A DNA stretch of 64,000 bases from Deltaproteobacteria bacterium (GTDB lineage: Bacteria > Desulfobacterota > DSM-4660 > Desulfatiglandales > HGW-15): positions 16,785-80,784 of the forward strand of contig JAFDEE010000009.1 of assembly GCA_019310525.1 (NCBI GenBank), in the 5' to 3' direction. The notes beneath the pieces were generated by a model. It made no database searches. It was not told the origin of the DNA and saw nothing but the letters and a program-made list of their open reading frames with translations. Both the position numbers and the translations under genes were made by a program. The stretch's first letter is position 1, and each line of letters opens with the position of its first letter. Shown here in pieces: positions 47,761 to 60,495 of the stretch.

Positions 47761-48927
47761 ATGTCAGCATCCAACTTTTTGTTTACATCCGAGAGCGTCA
47801 CCGAAGGTCATCCCGACAAGGTGGCGGACCAGATCTCCGATCATGTCCTGGACGAAATGCTGAAGCAAGACCCCCAGGCCAGGGTAGCCTGCGAAACCCT
47901 GGTCACCACAGGAATGGCCATTGTGGCCGGGGAGATCACCACCTCCGCCTACGTGGACATCCCTGAAATCGTCAGGGAAACCATCCGGGACATCGGTTAT
48001 CATAACTCTTCCATGGGTTTTGACTGGGAGACCTGTGCCGTGCTCACCACCATCGACAAGCAGTCCCCTGATATCGCTGTAGGCGTGAACGAGGGGGCCG
48101 GTCTCTTCAAGGAGCAAGGAGCCGGCGACCAGGGACTCATGTTCGGTTACGCCTGCACCGATACCCCGACCCTCATGCCCATGCCCATCTACCTCGCCCA
48201 TGGGCTTACCCGGCGGCTCGCCCATGTCCGAAAGTCCGAGAAACTTCCCTGGCTCCGACCGGACGGGAAATCCCAGGTCACGGTCGAATACGCCCAGAAA
48301 AAACCCATCAGGGTCCATTCGGTGGTGATCGCCGCCCAGCACGAACCCGACGTGGACTATGACACCCTGCGGGAGGCCATCATCGAAGAAGTGGTAAAAA
48401 AGGTTATCCCCTCAGAGATGCTGGACCGGGACACCCAGTTCTTCATCAACACCACGGGCCGTTTCGTGGTGGGAGGCCCCATGGGGGACTGCGGACTTAC
48501 GGGACGGAAAATCATCATGGACACTTACGGAGGATTCGGCTATCACGGCGGCGGAGCCTTCTCAGGCAAGGATCCCAGCAAGGTGGACCGCAGTTCCTCT
48601 TACATGTGCCGTTACATAGCCAAGAACATCGTGGCCGCCGGGCTCGCCTCCAAGTGTGAAATCCAGGTGGCCTATACTATCGGCAGGGCACAGCCTGTAT
48701 CCGTGCTCGTGCGGGATTACGGGACCAGCGAGATCCCGAGCAGAGAACTTACCGAAATCGTGAAAAAAACCTTCGATCTAAGGCCAAGGGCCATTATCGA
48801 GCGCCTGGATCTTCAGCGCCCGATCTATCGAAAAACGACCAACTACGGGCACTTCGGACGGGAACTCCCGGAATTCACCTGGGAAAAGACGGATGCTGTG
48901 GACGAAATCAAGGGGGCCGTTAAATAG
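47761..48927 (+). CDS. metK: S-adenosylmethionine synthase
   Basis: [26 protein letters not shown] and GGGAFSGKD motifs. AAAGGAG RBS. Confidence 0.96.
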   Translation: MSASNFLFTSESVTEGHPDKVADQISDHVLDEMLKQDPQARVACETLVTTGMAIVAGEITTSAYVDIPEIVRETIRDIGYHNSSMGFDWETCAVLTTIDKQSPDIAVGVNEGAGLFKEQGAGDQGLMFGYACTDTPTLMPMPIYLAHGLTRRLAHVRKSEKLPWLRPDGKSQVTVEYAQKKPIRVHSVVIAAQHEPDVDYDTLREAIIEEVVKKVIPSEMLDRDTQFFINTTGRFVVGGPMGDCGLTGRKIIMDTYGGFGYHGGGAFSGKDPSKVDRSSSYMCRYIAKNIVAAGLASKCEIQVAYTIGRAQPVSVLVRDYGTSEIPSRELTEIVKKTFDLRPRAIIERLDLQRPIYRKTTNYGHFGRELPEFTWEKTDAVDEIKGAVK

Positions 48928-48970
48928 TGCCCGGGCGTCAATCGTAAAAAGAGAAGAAAGGAACGAATGA

Positions 48971-50296
<1,326 letters not shown>

Positions 50297-50317
50297 AGCC
50301 GCTGAATCTCCTTAACC

Positions 50318-51631
50318 TTACATCCTGGCCGGCTGCCCGGTGGACGACAGCACACTGTTCCACAACCTGCCACCGGGCTCGATTCTTCTCCGCCTGGATA
50401 CGGCCATCGCGATGGGGACGTGGGTGAACTCTCCCTTCCAGTAGCCTACGACCATATTGGTACGTCCTGCCATCCCGGCATGAACGGCGTTTTGGGCAAG
50501 CAGGAGGCAGAAGGCCGAGTCATGGGGATTGGCCGGCATGCTCCGGATGGTATAACTTGGATCGATGTATTTGAGAGTGATCTCCATGCCGGTCCTCTTG
50601 AAGTGGGTCAGGATCTTTTCCTTCAGAAACAGCCCAATATCCCCCAGCCGGGGATTGCCCGAGGCGTCCCGCTCCCCCGTGCTCGGCATGAGATCCTGCC
50701 CTGCTCCCTCACCCGCTACGATGACGGCGTGGCCCCGCCGTTTCAGTCTCTCCTCCAGTGCCCCAAGGAATCCCTCCAGCGTAAAGGGAATTTCGGGTAC
50801 CAGGCAGAAATTTACGTCGTTGAAGGCCAGAGCTGCATAGGCTGCAATGAACCCTGACTCCCGGCCCATCAATTTCACCAGGCCGATCCCGTTCCTGGCC
50901 CCCGTGGCCTCGGAGTGGGCGGAGTATATGGCCGGGCCCGCTTTGGTTACCGCCGTCTCGAAGCCGAAGGACTGCTCCACATAAGAGATGTCGTTGTCGA
51001 TGGTCTTGGGGATGCCTATCACGCCGATTTTTAGACCCCGCCGGCCGATTTCCTCGGAGATGGCCTGGGCCCCCCGGAGGGTTCCGTCCCCCCCGATGGC
51101 GAAAAGGAGGCCCACGTTCATGCGTTCGAGGGTGTCGACCATATCGGTTACGTCCTGTGGGCCGCGAGAGGATCCCAGTATCGTACCTCCCTTTTGGTGA
51201 ATGTCCTTCACCTCTCCCGGGCTCAATTCCAGGGGGACGTGCCCGTATTTCGGCGAAAGTCCCTCGTACCCGTAACGGAAACCGAAAATCGTCTCAACGC
51301 CGTAATGGTAATACAGCGCCAGAACCAATGCCCGGATGACGTCGTTTAGTCCCGGGCAAAGCCCCCCGCAGGTGACGATCCCGCACTTGAGCTTCGAAGG
51401 ATCAAAATAGATTTTCTCCCTCGGACCCGCCGTCTCGAAGGACGGCGGCCTGCTTCCCTGCTTCAGAAGGGCCTCGACCTTTCGGAGATCCGAGTGGTAT
51501 AGAAGACGCTCAGCCTCGTCCACGAACCTCATTCCCCTGGCGGGAGATGGGATCCTGCATTCGCCCAGCCTCGATATCTCGAAGTTCAGGTCTTGATCTT
51601 CCATCTTCTTCCTCCATTCCGCGGGGAGCAT
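50318..51631 (-). CDS. pfk: 6-phosphofructokinase (long ATP/PPi-dependent type)
   Basis: CGGLCPGLNDVI, IGGDGT, PKTIDND and MGR motifs. An alternative start at 51604 (MEDQD) has GGAGG upstream. Confidence 0.9.
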   Translation of the reverse strand: MLPAEWRKKMEDQDLNFEISRLGECRIPSPARGMRFVDEAERLLYHSDLRKVEALLKQGSRPPSFETAGPREKIYFDPSKLKCGIVTCGGLCPGLNDVIRALVLALYYHYGVETIFGFRYGYEGLSPKYGHVPLELSPGEVKDIHQKGGTILGSSRGPQDVTDMVDTLERMNVGLLFAIGGDGTLRGAQAISEEIGRRGLKIGVIGIPKTIDNDISYVEQSFGFETAVTKAGPAIYSAHSEATGARNGIGLVKLMGRESGFIAAYAALAFNDVNFCLVPEIPFTLEGFLGALEERLKRRGHAVIVAGEGAGQDLMPSTGERDASGNPRLGDIGLFLKEKILTHFKRTGMEITLKYIDPSYTIRSMPANPHDSAFCLLLAQNAVHAGMAGRTNMVVGYWKGEFTHVPIAMAVSRRRRIEPGGRLWNSVLSSTGQPARM

Positions 51632-51655
51632 GCTTCCACCCGCTACGTCCTGCTA

Positions 51656-52618
51656 TCAGTAATAAATCGTGACCGTCCTGTGGTAGGGCTGTTTCCGGAA
51701 TCGATCCTGTTGTCCCATGTTCCAGAGGACCCAGTCGATATCCCTTGCCGCCATAGGGTGTCCCTCCTTTTCGAGTTCCCGCCGAAGAAGGTCCACGGCC
51801 CATACGGTACCTGCCCGGATCTCCACTTCCACAGCGCTTCCCGCCTCCAGGTATCCGCATCGATCCACCAAGCGGGACAACTCGGGAGAATACTCCAGGA
51901 TCCCCAGTTGCCTCAGGACCTGGGGCAGCTTGTAGTCCGCAAAGGCCGTGAGCCGGTCTATGTCCATGAAGGCCCCCCATGCCTTTCCCTCGAAGGCCCC
52001 GTGGAGATCGGAAGGGAAAATCTGGGTCCGCTTGTAGAAGTAAACGGGTTCCCCTTCGTATTCCGCCACGTCCCGGAAAGAAGGGAGCTTATCGGCAAGC
52101 AGTCGGGCCAGCCCCTGGGCCGATCCCCCGGCCGCCTCGACCAATTCATGGGCCTCTCCCCCATAGAATTCAATCAGGACACTTCCGAGTTCGTTTAAGG
52201 CCACCGCCCTCCGTTCCATCAACTGGAGGACCCCCCGGCCGCCGAGGACCTCCATTAACTGACCCTCTGTGACACCGGCAAGCCAACGGGCATCATAGAG
52301 GGGGATACCCGCCTCCATCGCCTTTTTGAGCGCTGCTGCCATAGCATGGTAACCGGAAATCTTCCCGCCTTTGAAATCGATCTCCCACCTGGGGGTCTCC
52401 GGAAGCGGCCAGAAGCAGAAGTTGAGGGTGTCCAGCACCAAAAAGTAGGCCACCGTCTTTTCGCCGCCGTCAAAAAAATGGTGGCGGGTGTCCCAGGGAG
52501 GCGGGGCGGCCTTCTCCGCCGCCATCTTCCTTGCCGTCGACTCCAGGACCGCCCGGTTTATGCGGATTTCCCGGGCCCTTTCGCATACCTTGCGGGCGGA
52601 TTCGAGCACCTCGATCAT
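51656..52618 (-). CDS. Queuosine salvage family protein (DUF2419/Qng1-like)
   Basis: [10 protein letters not shown] and [17 protein letters not shown] motifs, which I recognise from the Q_salvage (DUF2419) family. The ATG overlaps the stop of the upstream ABC ATPase gene (ATGA). Confidence 0.82.
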   Translation of the reverse strand: MIEVLESARKVCERAREIRINRAVLESTARKMAAEKAAPPPWDTRHHFFDGGEKTVAYFLVLDTLNFCFWPLPETPRWEIDFKGGKISGYHAMAAALKKAMEAGIPLYDARWLAGVTEGQLMEVLGGRGVLQLMERRAVALNELGSVLIEFYGGEAHELVEAAGGSAQGLARLLADKLPSFRDVAEYEGEPVYFYKRTQIFPSDLHGAFEGKAWGAFMDIDRLTAFADYKLPQVLRQLGILEYSPELSRLVDRCGYLEAGSAVEVEIRAGTVWAVDLLRRELEKEGHPMAARDIDWVLWNMGQQDRFRKQPYHRTVTIYY

Positions 52619-53658
52619 GCCGCCTTGCCCTCTCCGGGCCCAAGGCCCGGGGCCCCTTTCGACACTTCCCCGCCCGTCTCACCCGCCCGGTGACACGCCA
52701 CCAGATGGTCCCCCTCTTCGGTGCCGGGCGCCCGCAGCAGAGGGGGTTCCTCCCTGACACACCGCTCGATGCGGATGGGACAGCGGGTATGAAATCGGCA
52801 TCCGGTCGGAGGATGGCTGGGAGAAGGGATGTCCCCCTCAAGCACCTGTCTTTTCGTTTTCCTGGTGGGATCGGGAATGGGAATGGCGGAGATCAAGGCC
52901 CTGGTGTAAGGATGCCGGGGGTCGGCGTAAAGTGAATCCGCATCGGTCAATTCCACTATCTTCCCCAGGTACATGACGGCGATCCGGTCGGAAATGTGCT
53001 TCACCACGGAGAGGTTGTGGGCGATGAAAAGGTAGGTGAGCCCCATCTCCTGCTGGAGTTCCAGGAGGAGGTTCAGGATCTGGGACTGGATGGACACGTC
53101 CAGGGCCGAGACCGGTTCGTCGCATACCACCAGTTTGGGCCGAAGGGCGATGGCCCGGGCGATGCCGATCCGTTGGCGTTGCCCGCCGCTGAATTCGTGG
53201 GGAAAGCGCGTGACTACATCCGGGTTCAGGCCCACCCGGTCCAAGAGCTCAGCCACCACCCTGCGACGCTCAAGGGGGGTCCCGATCCTGTGGATGATAA
53301 AAGGCTCCTCCAGGATGTTGCCGATGGTGTGCCGGGCATTCAGGGACTCGAAGGGATCCTGGAAAATCATTTGCATGTCCCTTCGGAGTTGTTGGAGTTC
53401 TCCTTTTCCCAGGGAAAGTATATTCCGACCCTGAAAATACACCTCGCCCGCCGTGGGCCTGTAGAGCCGCAGGATCGCACGGCCCAGGGTCGTCTTCCCG
53501 CACCCGGATTCCCCCACAAGCCCCAGGGTTTCCCCAGGCCGGACCTGAAGGGATACTCCGTCCACGGCGTAGACCCAGCCCACCCGGCGGTGGAAAATAC
53601 CACCGTGGATGGGAAAGTGCATCTCAAGATTCTTGACTTCCAGCAGGTTCTCAGACAT
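52615..53658 (-). CDS. Oligopeptide/dipeptide-type ABC transporter ATP-binding protein (OppF/YejF-like)
   Basis: Walker A GESGCGKT, signature FSGGQRQR, Walker B VVCDE, and a C-terminal oligo_HPY Cys motif. The ATG at 53658 is preferred over the GTG at 53667. Confidence 0.9.
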   Translation of the reverse strand: MSENLLEVKNLEMHFPIHGGIFHRRVGWVYAVDGVSLQVRPGETLGLVGESGCGKTTLGRAILRLYRPTAGEVYFQGRNILSLGKGELQQLRRDMQMIFQDPFESLNARHTIGNILEEPFIIHRIGTPLERRRVVAELLDRVGLNPDVVTRFPHEFSGGQRQRIGIARAIALRPKLVVCDEPVSALDVSIQSQILNLLLELQQEMGLTYLFIAHNLSVVKHISDRIAVMYLGKIVELTDADSLYADPRHPYTRALISAIPIPDPTRKTKRQVLEGDIPSPSHPPTGCRFHTRCPIRIERCVREEPPLLRAPGTEEGDHLVACHRAGETGGEVSKGAPGLGPGEGKAA

Positions 53659-53783
53659 TGAAAACACCGTTTAATCCCTGGGAACAAGGAACCCGGGACG
53701 CCCCCCCTCGCCCTCCTTCCACCGCCGATCCAGCCTGAAAAGCAGGAAAAGGCATCATTGGGTGCACCTCGATCATCCTTCTT

Positions 53784-54824
53784 TCAAAGCGCTAAAGTCT
53801 CACGGGATGAGTAGAGATGACACCCGACCAGGTGCCCTTCACCCACCTCAAGAAGAGGGGGTGAAACATGCCTGCACACCTCCATCACCTCCGGGCAGCG
53901 GTTCTGGAAACGGCATCCTTCGGGGAGTTCCTTGAGGCCTGGCACCATGCCCTTGATGACAGGCAAGGGTTCCTTTCTCGGGGACTCCAGGCGGGGGATG
54001 GAGGTGAGGAGGCCCCGAGTATAGGGGTGCTTCGGGTCCAGGAACAACTCCTTCACCCCTGCGGTTTCCACCAATTTTCCGGCATACATAACCGCCACCT
54101 CTTCGCACACCTCTGCTATGACCCCGAGATCATGGGTGATGAAAAGGACCGCCATTTCCGTCTTCTCCTGGAGAGACTTGATGAGTTCCAGGATCTGGGC
54201 CTGGATCGTGACGTCCAGGGCCGTGGTCGGTTCATCCGCGATCAGGACTTCGGGCTTGCAGGCCAGGGCCATGGCGATCATGACCCGCTGCCGCATTCCC
54301 CCTGAGATCTGATGGGGATACTCCCTCATGCGCCGCTCGGGCTCCGGGATACCTACCTTCCTGAGCATCGCTGCGGATTGATCCCGGATCTCCCCGTTTC
54401 CCATGTCTTGGTAATGGAGGCGGTAAACCTCCGCGAGCTGATCCCCGATCCTGTGAACCGGGTTCAGGGCCGTCATGGGCTCCTGGAAGATCATGGAGAT
54501 GCGGTTGCCCCTGATCTCCTGCATCTTTTCGGCGGGGAGCCGGAGCAGGTCCATTCCGTCAAAAAGTATCTCCCCTGCCTCGATGCGGCCGGCAGGCTTG
54601 GGCAGAAGCCGCATGATGGAAAGGGCCGTGACGCTCTTCCCGCAGCCGGACTCTCCCACGAGTCCAAGGGTCACACCCTTATCGAGCCTGAAACCCACGT
54701 CTTCGACGGCCCTGATCCTCCCTTCCTCCGTCTGGAATGAGGTCACGAGATGCCGGACCTCCAGGGTCACCTGGGATTCCCGGGGCTCGGATTTCTTCTT
54801 GTTTTCGCTCCCGATCCGCTCCAT
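53784..54824 (-). CDS. Oligopeptide/dipeptide-type ABC transporter ATP-binding protein (OppD-like)
   Basis: Walker A GESGCGKS, signature ISGGMRQR, Walker [12 protein letters not shown]. Confidence 0.9.
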   Translation of the reverse strand: MERIGSENKKKSEPRESQVTLEVRHLVTSFQTEEGRIRAVEDVGFRLDKGVTLGLVGESGCGKSVTALSIMRLLPKPAGRIEAGEILFDGMDLLRLPAEKMQEIRGNRISMIFQEPMTALNPVHRIGDQLAEVYRLHYQDMGNGEIRDQSAAMLRKVGIPEPERRMREYPHQISGGMRQRVMIAMALACKPEVLIADEPTTALDVTIQAQILELIKSLQEKTEMAVLFITHDLGVIAEVCEEVAVMYAGKLVETAGVKELFLDPKHPYTRGLLTSIPRLESPRKEPLPVIKGMVPGLKELPEGCRFQNRCPEVMEVCRHVSPPLLEVGEGHLVGCHLYSSRETLAL

Positions 54825-54888
54825 GTCTTTTCCGAAGGTCTTCCTGCCTCCTCCCGGTTGATCTCCCGGGCGCCGGGGCTCAAGTCCC

Positions 54889-56796
54889 TTAGGGTGATTC
54901 GATACCCTTCATCTTGTAAGTCTCGTCAATGATGGTCACAGGGGGAAAGCTCCTTCCGGCCTTCATGGCCTTCGTCGTTTCCTCGTACAGCCTTTCGTCG
55001 TACCAGAAAAGCCCTCCCGTAGCGCTTGAGAAGGGTTCGAAAAGGTCATCCGTGTGCCGGGTGCCCGGCACCGCCGGAAGGCGCCACCACCGCCAGTATC
55101 CCTGCCGCACGTAAGGCACCATGAAGGTCGGCACATAGCAGCCGATCTCATGGATTTTCTCCTGTATCTTCCAGGACAACCGTATCCGGGTCTCCTCGTC
55201 GAGGGCATTACGGTAGGCCTCAATCAGCCGGTCCATCTCGGGGTCATCCGTGTTGGTGATGTTGTTGGTCTGGGGCTTGTGGGCGTTTATGGAGTGAAAA
55301 TGCTCCCAGTATTGGGGCCTCAGGGAGGTGCTCCAGGCCATCCAGGCCACGTCATGCTTCTTCTCGAGGATCTTCTTGTAGGCCGCCGAGGGATCCAGCC
55401 TTTGAAGACGCAATTCAACCCCCGCCTTCTTGGCCTCCTCCTTCAGGACCACGAGCCGCGGAGTGTGGGCCTCCCGGCTATAGGTCACCTCCACGGAGAA
55501 ACGCAGGCCGTTCTTCTCCCAGATCCCGTCACCCCCCCGGTGCCAACCCGCCTCCTTCATGTAATGCTCCACCTTGCCGAGGTCGAACCTCCTCGCCCGG
55601 ATGTTGGGATTCGTGTACCGGCCGTACCCCACGAACATCTGCTCCAGGCGGTAGTAATCGCCCCTCAGGACCTGTTGGATCACCTTTCGGATGTTCATAG
55701 CATGGGCGAAGGCGTAACGAACCCGCCTGTCCTTGAAGGTCTCCCGGTCCATGTTGAGGTACATGCCGTAAGAGGGCTGCTGGGTATGGTTGAAGAACCA
55801 GATCCTGTGAGCATAGCCTTTCTCAAAAATGGGGATCCGGGACTTGTTGTGCCAGAATTCGGGAAGGGTCAGGCCGAAGGTATCGATCTTTCCCTTCTTG
55901 AAGTACTCCCATTGCATATTGAAATCCCGCACTACGGTGAAGATCACCGTGTTCACGTTGAACCGGTTCTTGAAATACTTAAGGTCCTTCGCCCACCAAT
56001 CCCGCTTCCGCTTGAACTTGATGTACTTTCCTTTCTGGAAATCGGAGATCTGGTAGGGTCCGGTGTTCGGTGCGATCTTCCAGTTATATCGGCGGACGAA
56101 ATCCCCGGACAGTTTTCCGTAAAAATGGCGGGGGGTGGGGGAAATCCCGAGTCTCAGGTGAAGGTCGGGCTGGGCCTTGGTGCCGACCACGGCCAGGGTG
56201 TAATCGTCGTACACGATCACCCTGTCGATCTCCTGGGTGTAGTAGTCGTTGTACCAGGGGGCCACGATGTGTTTGGAGCGCATGAATTCCAAGGTATAGG
56301 CGAAGTCATGGGCCGTGACCGGCACGCCGTCCGACCACCGGGCCTTGGGGTTGAGCTTGAAGTACATGGTCTTCCCGTCTTTTCCATAGGCCCAGTGGGT
56401 TGCGATTTCCGGGATGATATTTTCCGTATTTGGATGGATACCAATGAGTGACAACTGGTTTCCCAGGATGGCACTCCTGAAACTGCTGTTCGAATCCGGC
56501 CCCACCACCCGGAAGGTCAGGGGGAAACTCGCGATAGCCAGGTGGAGGGTTCCCCCCTTGCGGGCCTCAGGAGAGGAAAACACCGGGTCCGTGTCGTTGG
56601 TGAGCCATTTAAGGTCCGGGGGCGGTGGAGTCGGGGAAATCGGGGCTTTGAAGATGGAACTGTCCCCGGCGCCGGGGGATTCCTTCACTGCTTCCGAGTC
56701 TTTGCCGCTCTCTTTTCCGCACCCGGACACAATAAACACGGCGCAGATGATAATAACAGCGGCGATTGCAGATACCAGAGTATGTCTCCTATTCAT
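54889..56796 (-). CDS. ABC transporter substrate-binding lipoprotein, family 5 (YejA-like)
   Basis: Lipobox IVSGC. The 635-aa length is typical of the YejA subgroup of peptide/nickel SBPs. Confidence 0.88.
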   Translation of the reverse strand: MNRRHTLVSAIAAVIIICAVFIVSGCGKESGKDSEAVKESPGAGDSSIFKAPISPTPPPPDLKWLTNDTDPVFSSPEARKGGTLHLAIASFPLTFRVVGPDSNSSFRSAILGNQLSLIGIHPNTENIIPEIATHWAYGKDGKTMYFKLNPKARWSDGVPVTAHDFAYTLEFMRSKHIVAPWYNDYYTQEIDRVIVYDDYTLAVVGTKAQPDLHLRLGISPTPRHFYGKLSGDFVRRYNWKIAPNTGPYQISDFQKGKYIKFKRKRDWWAKDLKYFKNRFNVNTVIFTVVRDFNMQWEYFKKGKIDTFGLTLPEFWHNKSRIPIFEKGYAHRIWFFNHTQQPSYGMYLNMDRETFKDRRVRYAFAHAMNIRKVIQQVLRGDYYRLEQMFVGYGRYTNPNIRARRFDLGKVEHYMKEAGWHRGGDGIWEKNGLRFSVEVTYSREAHTPRLVVLKEEAKKAGVELRLQRLDPSAAYKKILEKKHDVAWMAWSTSLRPQYWEHFHSINAHKPQTNNITNTDDPEMDRLIEAYRNALDEETRIRLSWKIQEKIHEIGCYVPTFMVPYVRQGYWRWWRLPAVPGTRHTDDLFEPFSSATGGLFWYDERLYEETTKAMKAGRSFPPVTIIDETYKMKGIESP

Positions 56797-56868
56797 TCCT
56801 TTTGCTCCTTTTACGTGCCTGGGGGCTCGGGCGTTCCTCCATCCCCGACCCCATGAAATGACGAAGCC

Positions 56869-57918
56869 CTACTCGTAGGTCGTATGCAGCCTTGGATCAA
56901 AGGCTTCCCGCACGGCCTCTCCCACGAAGGTGACCGCAATCAGGGTGATCATCATTGCCACCACTACTGAGCCCACGATCCACCAGGCCTCCAGATTGCT
57001 CCAACCCTGCTGGAGCAATTCCCCCCAACTCGGGGTGGGCGGGGGCAGCCCGAACCCCAGGTAATCCAGGGAGGTAAGGGCCACGATACCGTTTGAGACC
57101 GCGAAGGGGGCGTAAGTGACGATCACGGCCACGGTGTTGGGGACGATGTGTTTGAACACGATCCGGAGATTGGAGGCCCCCAGGGCCCGGGCCGCGAGGA
57201 CGTAGTCCCTGGCCCTCTCCTTGTAAGTCACGGTCCGCATGGTCCAGGTGATGGAAATCCAGCCGAAAAAGGCCATAATCATGACCAGCATGAAAAAACT
57301 GGGAACAAGGATGGAGGAGATGATGATGACCACATAGAGGAAGGGGATGTTCGACCAGACTTCGATGACCCGCTGAAAGAAGAGGTCAAACCTGCCGCCC
57401 CAGTATCCCATGGCGCTTCCGATGCCGATTCCGATCGTGAAGTTGAAAATAAGCAGAAGAAGTGAAAAGGCGATAGCGATCCGGAACCCGTAGACCAGCC
57501 GGGCCAAGACGTCACGGCCCGCGTTGTCGGTTCCCAGGTAATGTTTATCCTTTAAAGAAGGGGGAAAGGGCGGATATGCGCCTTCCTTGAGATCCGTCTC
57601 ATAGGCGTTATAAGGCACCAGGGGCATCAGGACCCAATTGCCCTTGCCTTCGGCCTGGAAGCGTTTTTTCAATAAACGATAGTTAGTCTCGTAGTCGTAA
57701 TCCAACCCGAAGGTCGTGCCCGGGATCATCCGGCCATAGATGGGAAAATAGAGCCTGCCTTCGTAGTAGACCAGCAGGGCCCGGTTGTTCACGAAAAGCT
57801 CCGCAACCAGGGAAAAGAGGATCATCAAGAGGAAGAGTATAAAGGAATAGTAGCCCCGTTTGATGGACTTGAACCGTTTGAGTTTTTTTATTGTCAAGGG
57901 ATTCAGGGGCATATCCAC
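56869..57918 (-). CDS. ABC transporter permease (YejE/OppC-like)
   Basis: BPD_transp_1 permease with HYLGTDNAGRDVLARL and an EAA-loop region ARALGAS. Confidence 0.9.
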   Translation of the reverse strand: MDMPLNPLTIKKLKRFKSIKRGYYSFILFLLMILFSLVAELFVNNRALLVYYEGRLYFPIYGRMIPGTTFGLDYDYETNYRLLKKRFQAEGKGNWVLMPLVPYNAYETDLKEGAYPPFPPSLKDKHYLGTDNAGRDVLARLVYGFRIAIAFSLLLLIFNFTIGIGIGSAMGYWGGRFDLFFQRVIEVWSNIPFLYVVIIISSILVPSFFMLVMIMAFFGWISITWTMRTVTYKERARDYVLAARALGASNLRIVFKHIVPNTVAVIVTYAPFAVSNGIVALTSLDYLGFGLPPPTPSWGELLQQGWSNLEAWWIVGSVVVAMMITLIAVTFVGEAVREAFDPRLHTTYE

Positions 57919-57947
57919 TACTCGAAGAAGCCGGAAACTTCAAAGGT

Positions 57948-58982
57948 TCACTCGAACTTCACCCTCGGGTCCACGACAGCCACACAGATATCGGACAGGA
58001 TGTTCCCTATCAGGAACAGGAGAGACGAAATCACGAGAATGCCCATGACCACCGGGTAGTCCCTCTCCACCACAGACTCGTATCCCAGAAGACCCATGCC
58101 GTTGATGTTGAAGACCTTCTCGATCAGAAAGGATCCCGAGAGGATGATGGAGACATTGTTCCCGAAACTCGTGGCGATGGGGATCAGGCTGTTCCGGAGG
58201 GCATGCCGGAACACGGCCTTTCGAAAGGAGAGGCCCTTTGCGATGGCCGTCCGTATATAGTCGCTCGAGAGGTGATCCATGAGCGTGTTTTTCATGAGAA
58301 AGGTCATGACCGTAAAGGATCCCAGGACGTAGGCCAGCAGGGGCAGGGCCGTGTGCCAGGCAAGGTCCGCCATCTTTCCCGCCAGGGTGAAGTCCTCGAA
58401 ATCGTCGCTCACCAGCCCCCCAAGGGGAAAGATCTCCCAGTGGGAGGCGAAGATCACGAGCAAGAGCACCCCCACAACCCACCCCGGGATCGCGTAACCC
58501 GCAAAGACGACCACCGAGGTGACGTTATCGAAACCACTCTTGTGCCGAATCGCCTTGGCGATCCCCAGGGGTATGCAGACCCCGTAAGTGAGCAGGAGGG
58601 TGAGGATCCCGAAGTAGAGGGAAATGGGGATCCTTTCCTTGATCATGCTCCAGACGGGATCGTAGTAACGGGTGGAAGTGCCTAAGTCGCCGGTGAGGAC
58701 CTTGCCCAGCCACAGGACGTAGCTTACCAGGACGGGTTTGTCGAACCCGTAATAACGTTTCAGTTCCTCGATCTGCTCTTCTGAGAGGGGCTGGGTCTGC
58801 TCCCGGGATAGGGCCCCCGCCGCCATCCTGCCCCCCTCGGCCGTTTTCATCTGTCTGGCCTCGGCGATCATGCGCTCGATGGGGCCTCCCGGGACGAACC
58901 GGGTGATCACGAAGACCATGATGGTGATGCCGAGAAACGTCGGGACGATCAGCAGAAAACGTCTGATGAAATAGGCCGTCAT
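57948..58982 (-). CDS. ABC transporter permease (YejB/OppB-like)
   Basis: MTAYFIRRFLLIVPTFLGITIMVF N-terminus and EAA-loop DYIRTAIAKGLS. Confidence 0.9.
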   Translation of the reverse strand: MTAYFIRRFLLIVPTFLGITIMVFVITRFVPGGPIERMIAEARQMKTAEGGRMAAGALSREQTQPLSEEQIEELKRYYGFDKPVLVSYVLWLGKVLTGDLGTSTRYYDPVWSMIKERIPISLYFGILTLLLTYGVCIPLGIAKAIRHKSGFDNVTSVVVFAGYAIPGWVVGVLLLVIFASHWEIFPLGGLVSDDFEDFTLAGKMADLAWHTALPLLAYVLGSFTVMTFLMKNTLMDHLSSDYIRTAIAKGLSFRKAVFRHALRNSLIPIATSFGNNVSIILSGSFLIEKVFNINGMGLLGYESVVERDYPVVMGILVISSLLFLIGNILSDICVAVVDPRVKFE

Positions 58983-59216
58983 GTCGCTCCAGGTTGAATC
59001 CTTGTTGAAGAATCCATACCTTTCTAACCGAAAACGCGCCCGGGCTCAAGGAGTTCCTGGGAGGGCCTGAAGGACCTCCCAATCTTCTAAACTATTCCCT
59101 TGTTTTTGCCGATTATCCAGAGTAGCCTTTCTGTGGGGATAATCATTTTATGGTGCACCCGGGATCCGAAATCCAGGATACCTATCTTAACCATGCTCTT
59201 CTTCGATTCAACAGAG

Positions 59217-59993
59217 ATGAACCTAACGGAAAAACAATTCAGGAAACTCAGTGAACTGGTCTATCACGAGTGCGGCATCAACCTGCACGAAGGCAAACGA
59301 CAACTGCTCCAGGCCCGGCTCTCAAAGCGGCTCCGCAAGACGGGCATCAAGACCGTCAAGGAATATCTCAAGGTGCTGGAAACTGACCAAAAGGAATTGA
59401 TCCATTTCCTTGACGCCGTTTCCACCAACCACACCTTTTTCTTCAGGGAAAGCCAGCACTTTGAGATCCTCGAACCCTCCCACCTGAACATCTGGTGCGC
59501 GGCTTGCTCCAGCGGCGAAGAGCCCTATTCCGTGGCGATCTACTGCCTGGAGAAGGGATTCAGGCCCTCCATCCTCGCTACGGATATCTCCACCAACGTT
59601 CTGGGGATCGCCAAGCGGGCGGTCTACCCCATGGAAAGGGCCCGGATGGTGCCCCAACATGTCCTCCGTAAATATTTTCAAAAAGGGCAGGGAAAATGGG
59701 AAGACTACATTCGGGTGAAAGAAGAGGTGCGCCGGATGGTCACCTTTGGGCGGTTCAACCTGGTGTTGGATCCCCTCCCGGCCCGGGAATTCGACGTCAT
59801 CTTTTGCAGGAACGTGTTGATTTATTTCGACAACCTGGTGAAGGAGAAGGTGATCAACAGGCTTTACCGTCTCCTGAAATGGAACGGTTATTTCATTATA
59901 GGGGGAGCCGAGAGCCTGAACAGCATCCGGCACATGTACAAGTACGTGAAGCCCAGCATCTACCGGAAGGTAGGAGGGGTCAAGGCAAAATAA
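59217..59993 (+). CDS. cheR: CheR-type protein-glutamate O-methyltransferase
   Basis: N-terminal helical domain MNLTEKQFRKLSELVYHECGINL..K..LL..RL.KRL and SAM-binding IWCAACSSGEEPYS. The start is uncertain (59100, 59193 or 59217). Confidence 0.84.
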   Translation: MNLTEKQFRKLSELVYHECGINLHEGKRQLLQARLSKRLRKTGIKTVKEYLKVLETDQKELIHFLDAVSTNHTFFFRESQHFEILEPSHLNIWCAACSSGEEPYSVAIYCLEKGFRPSILATDISTNVLGIAKRAVYPMERARMVPQHVLRKYFQKGQGKWEDYIRVKEEVRRMVTFGRFNLVLDPLPAREFDVIFCRNVLIYFDNLVKEKVINRLYRLLKWNGYFIIGGAESLNSIRHMYKYVKPSIYRKVGGVKAK

Positions 59994-60064
59994 TGAGACC
60001 CGCATTTTCTCCCCCGGGCTTTGATCATGCCGCCCGGGGCATCCGGTAACGCGGGAGTTAAGAG

Positions 60065-60433
60065 ATGAAAGAGGAAAAACGACGTTTCACCCGTATTCCT
60101 TTCAGGGTCAAGGCCGAGCTTGCAGCCGACGGAAAGGTGTACGGCACGGACACCATCAAGAATCTCAGTGTGGGGGGATGCCTCCTCCCCCTCAAAGAAA
60201 AACTCGAACCAGGCACCCGTTGCCGGGTCAAGATCTTTTTGACCGGGACGAACCAGGAGACTGCCGTGAGGGTGGAGGGCCGAATCCTTCGATCCGATTC
60301 CACCGGCACGGCCGTAAGATTCACCCACATCGACCCGGACAGCCTGTTCCATCTGAAAGGCATCGTCCGCTTCAACGCCCCGGACCCCGAAGCCGTGGAA
60401 GAGGAAATCAACCGGCACCCCGTCCCCCTGTAA
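60065..60433 (+). CDS. PilZ domain protein
   Basis: RRFTRIP...NLSVGGCLL matches the PilZ RxxxR / (D/N)xSxxG c-di-GMP-binding motifs. Confidence 0.8.
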   Translation: MKEEKRRFTRIPFRVKAELAADGKVYGTDTIKNLSVGGCLLPLKEKLEPGTRCRVKIFLTGTNQETAVRVEGRILRSDSTGTAVRFTHIDPDSLFHLKGIVRFNAPDPEAVEEEINRHPVPL

Positions 60434-60495
60434 TCCCCGGGACCCTTGTCCCGCTTCAATATCGCTCCGGAGAAAAAAGGCAAGCCGCCGACACC

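Noticed and set aside
47585-47863. Short ORF inside the element (MKNVQFCPRSRKTKILTAGI...), also seen in the antisense translation at 4458-4841.
   Set aside because: The stop-codon position differs between copies: TGA follows ...TAGIH in copy 7464-7606, but copy 47578-47719 reads through. The frame is not preserved in class-B copies. This is consistent with non-coding DNA.
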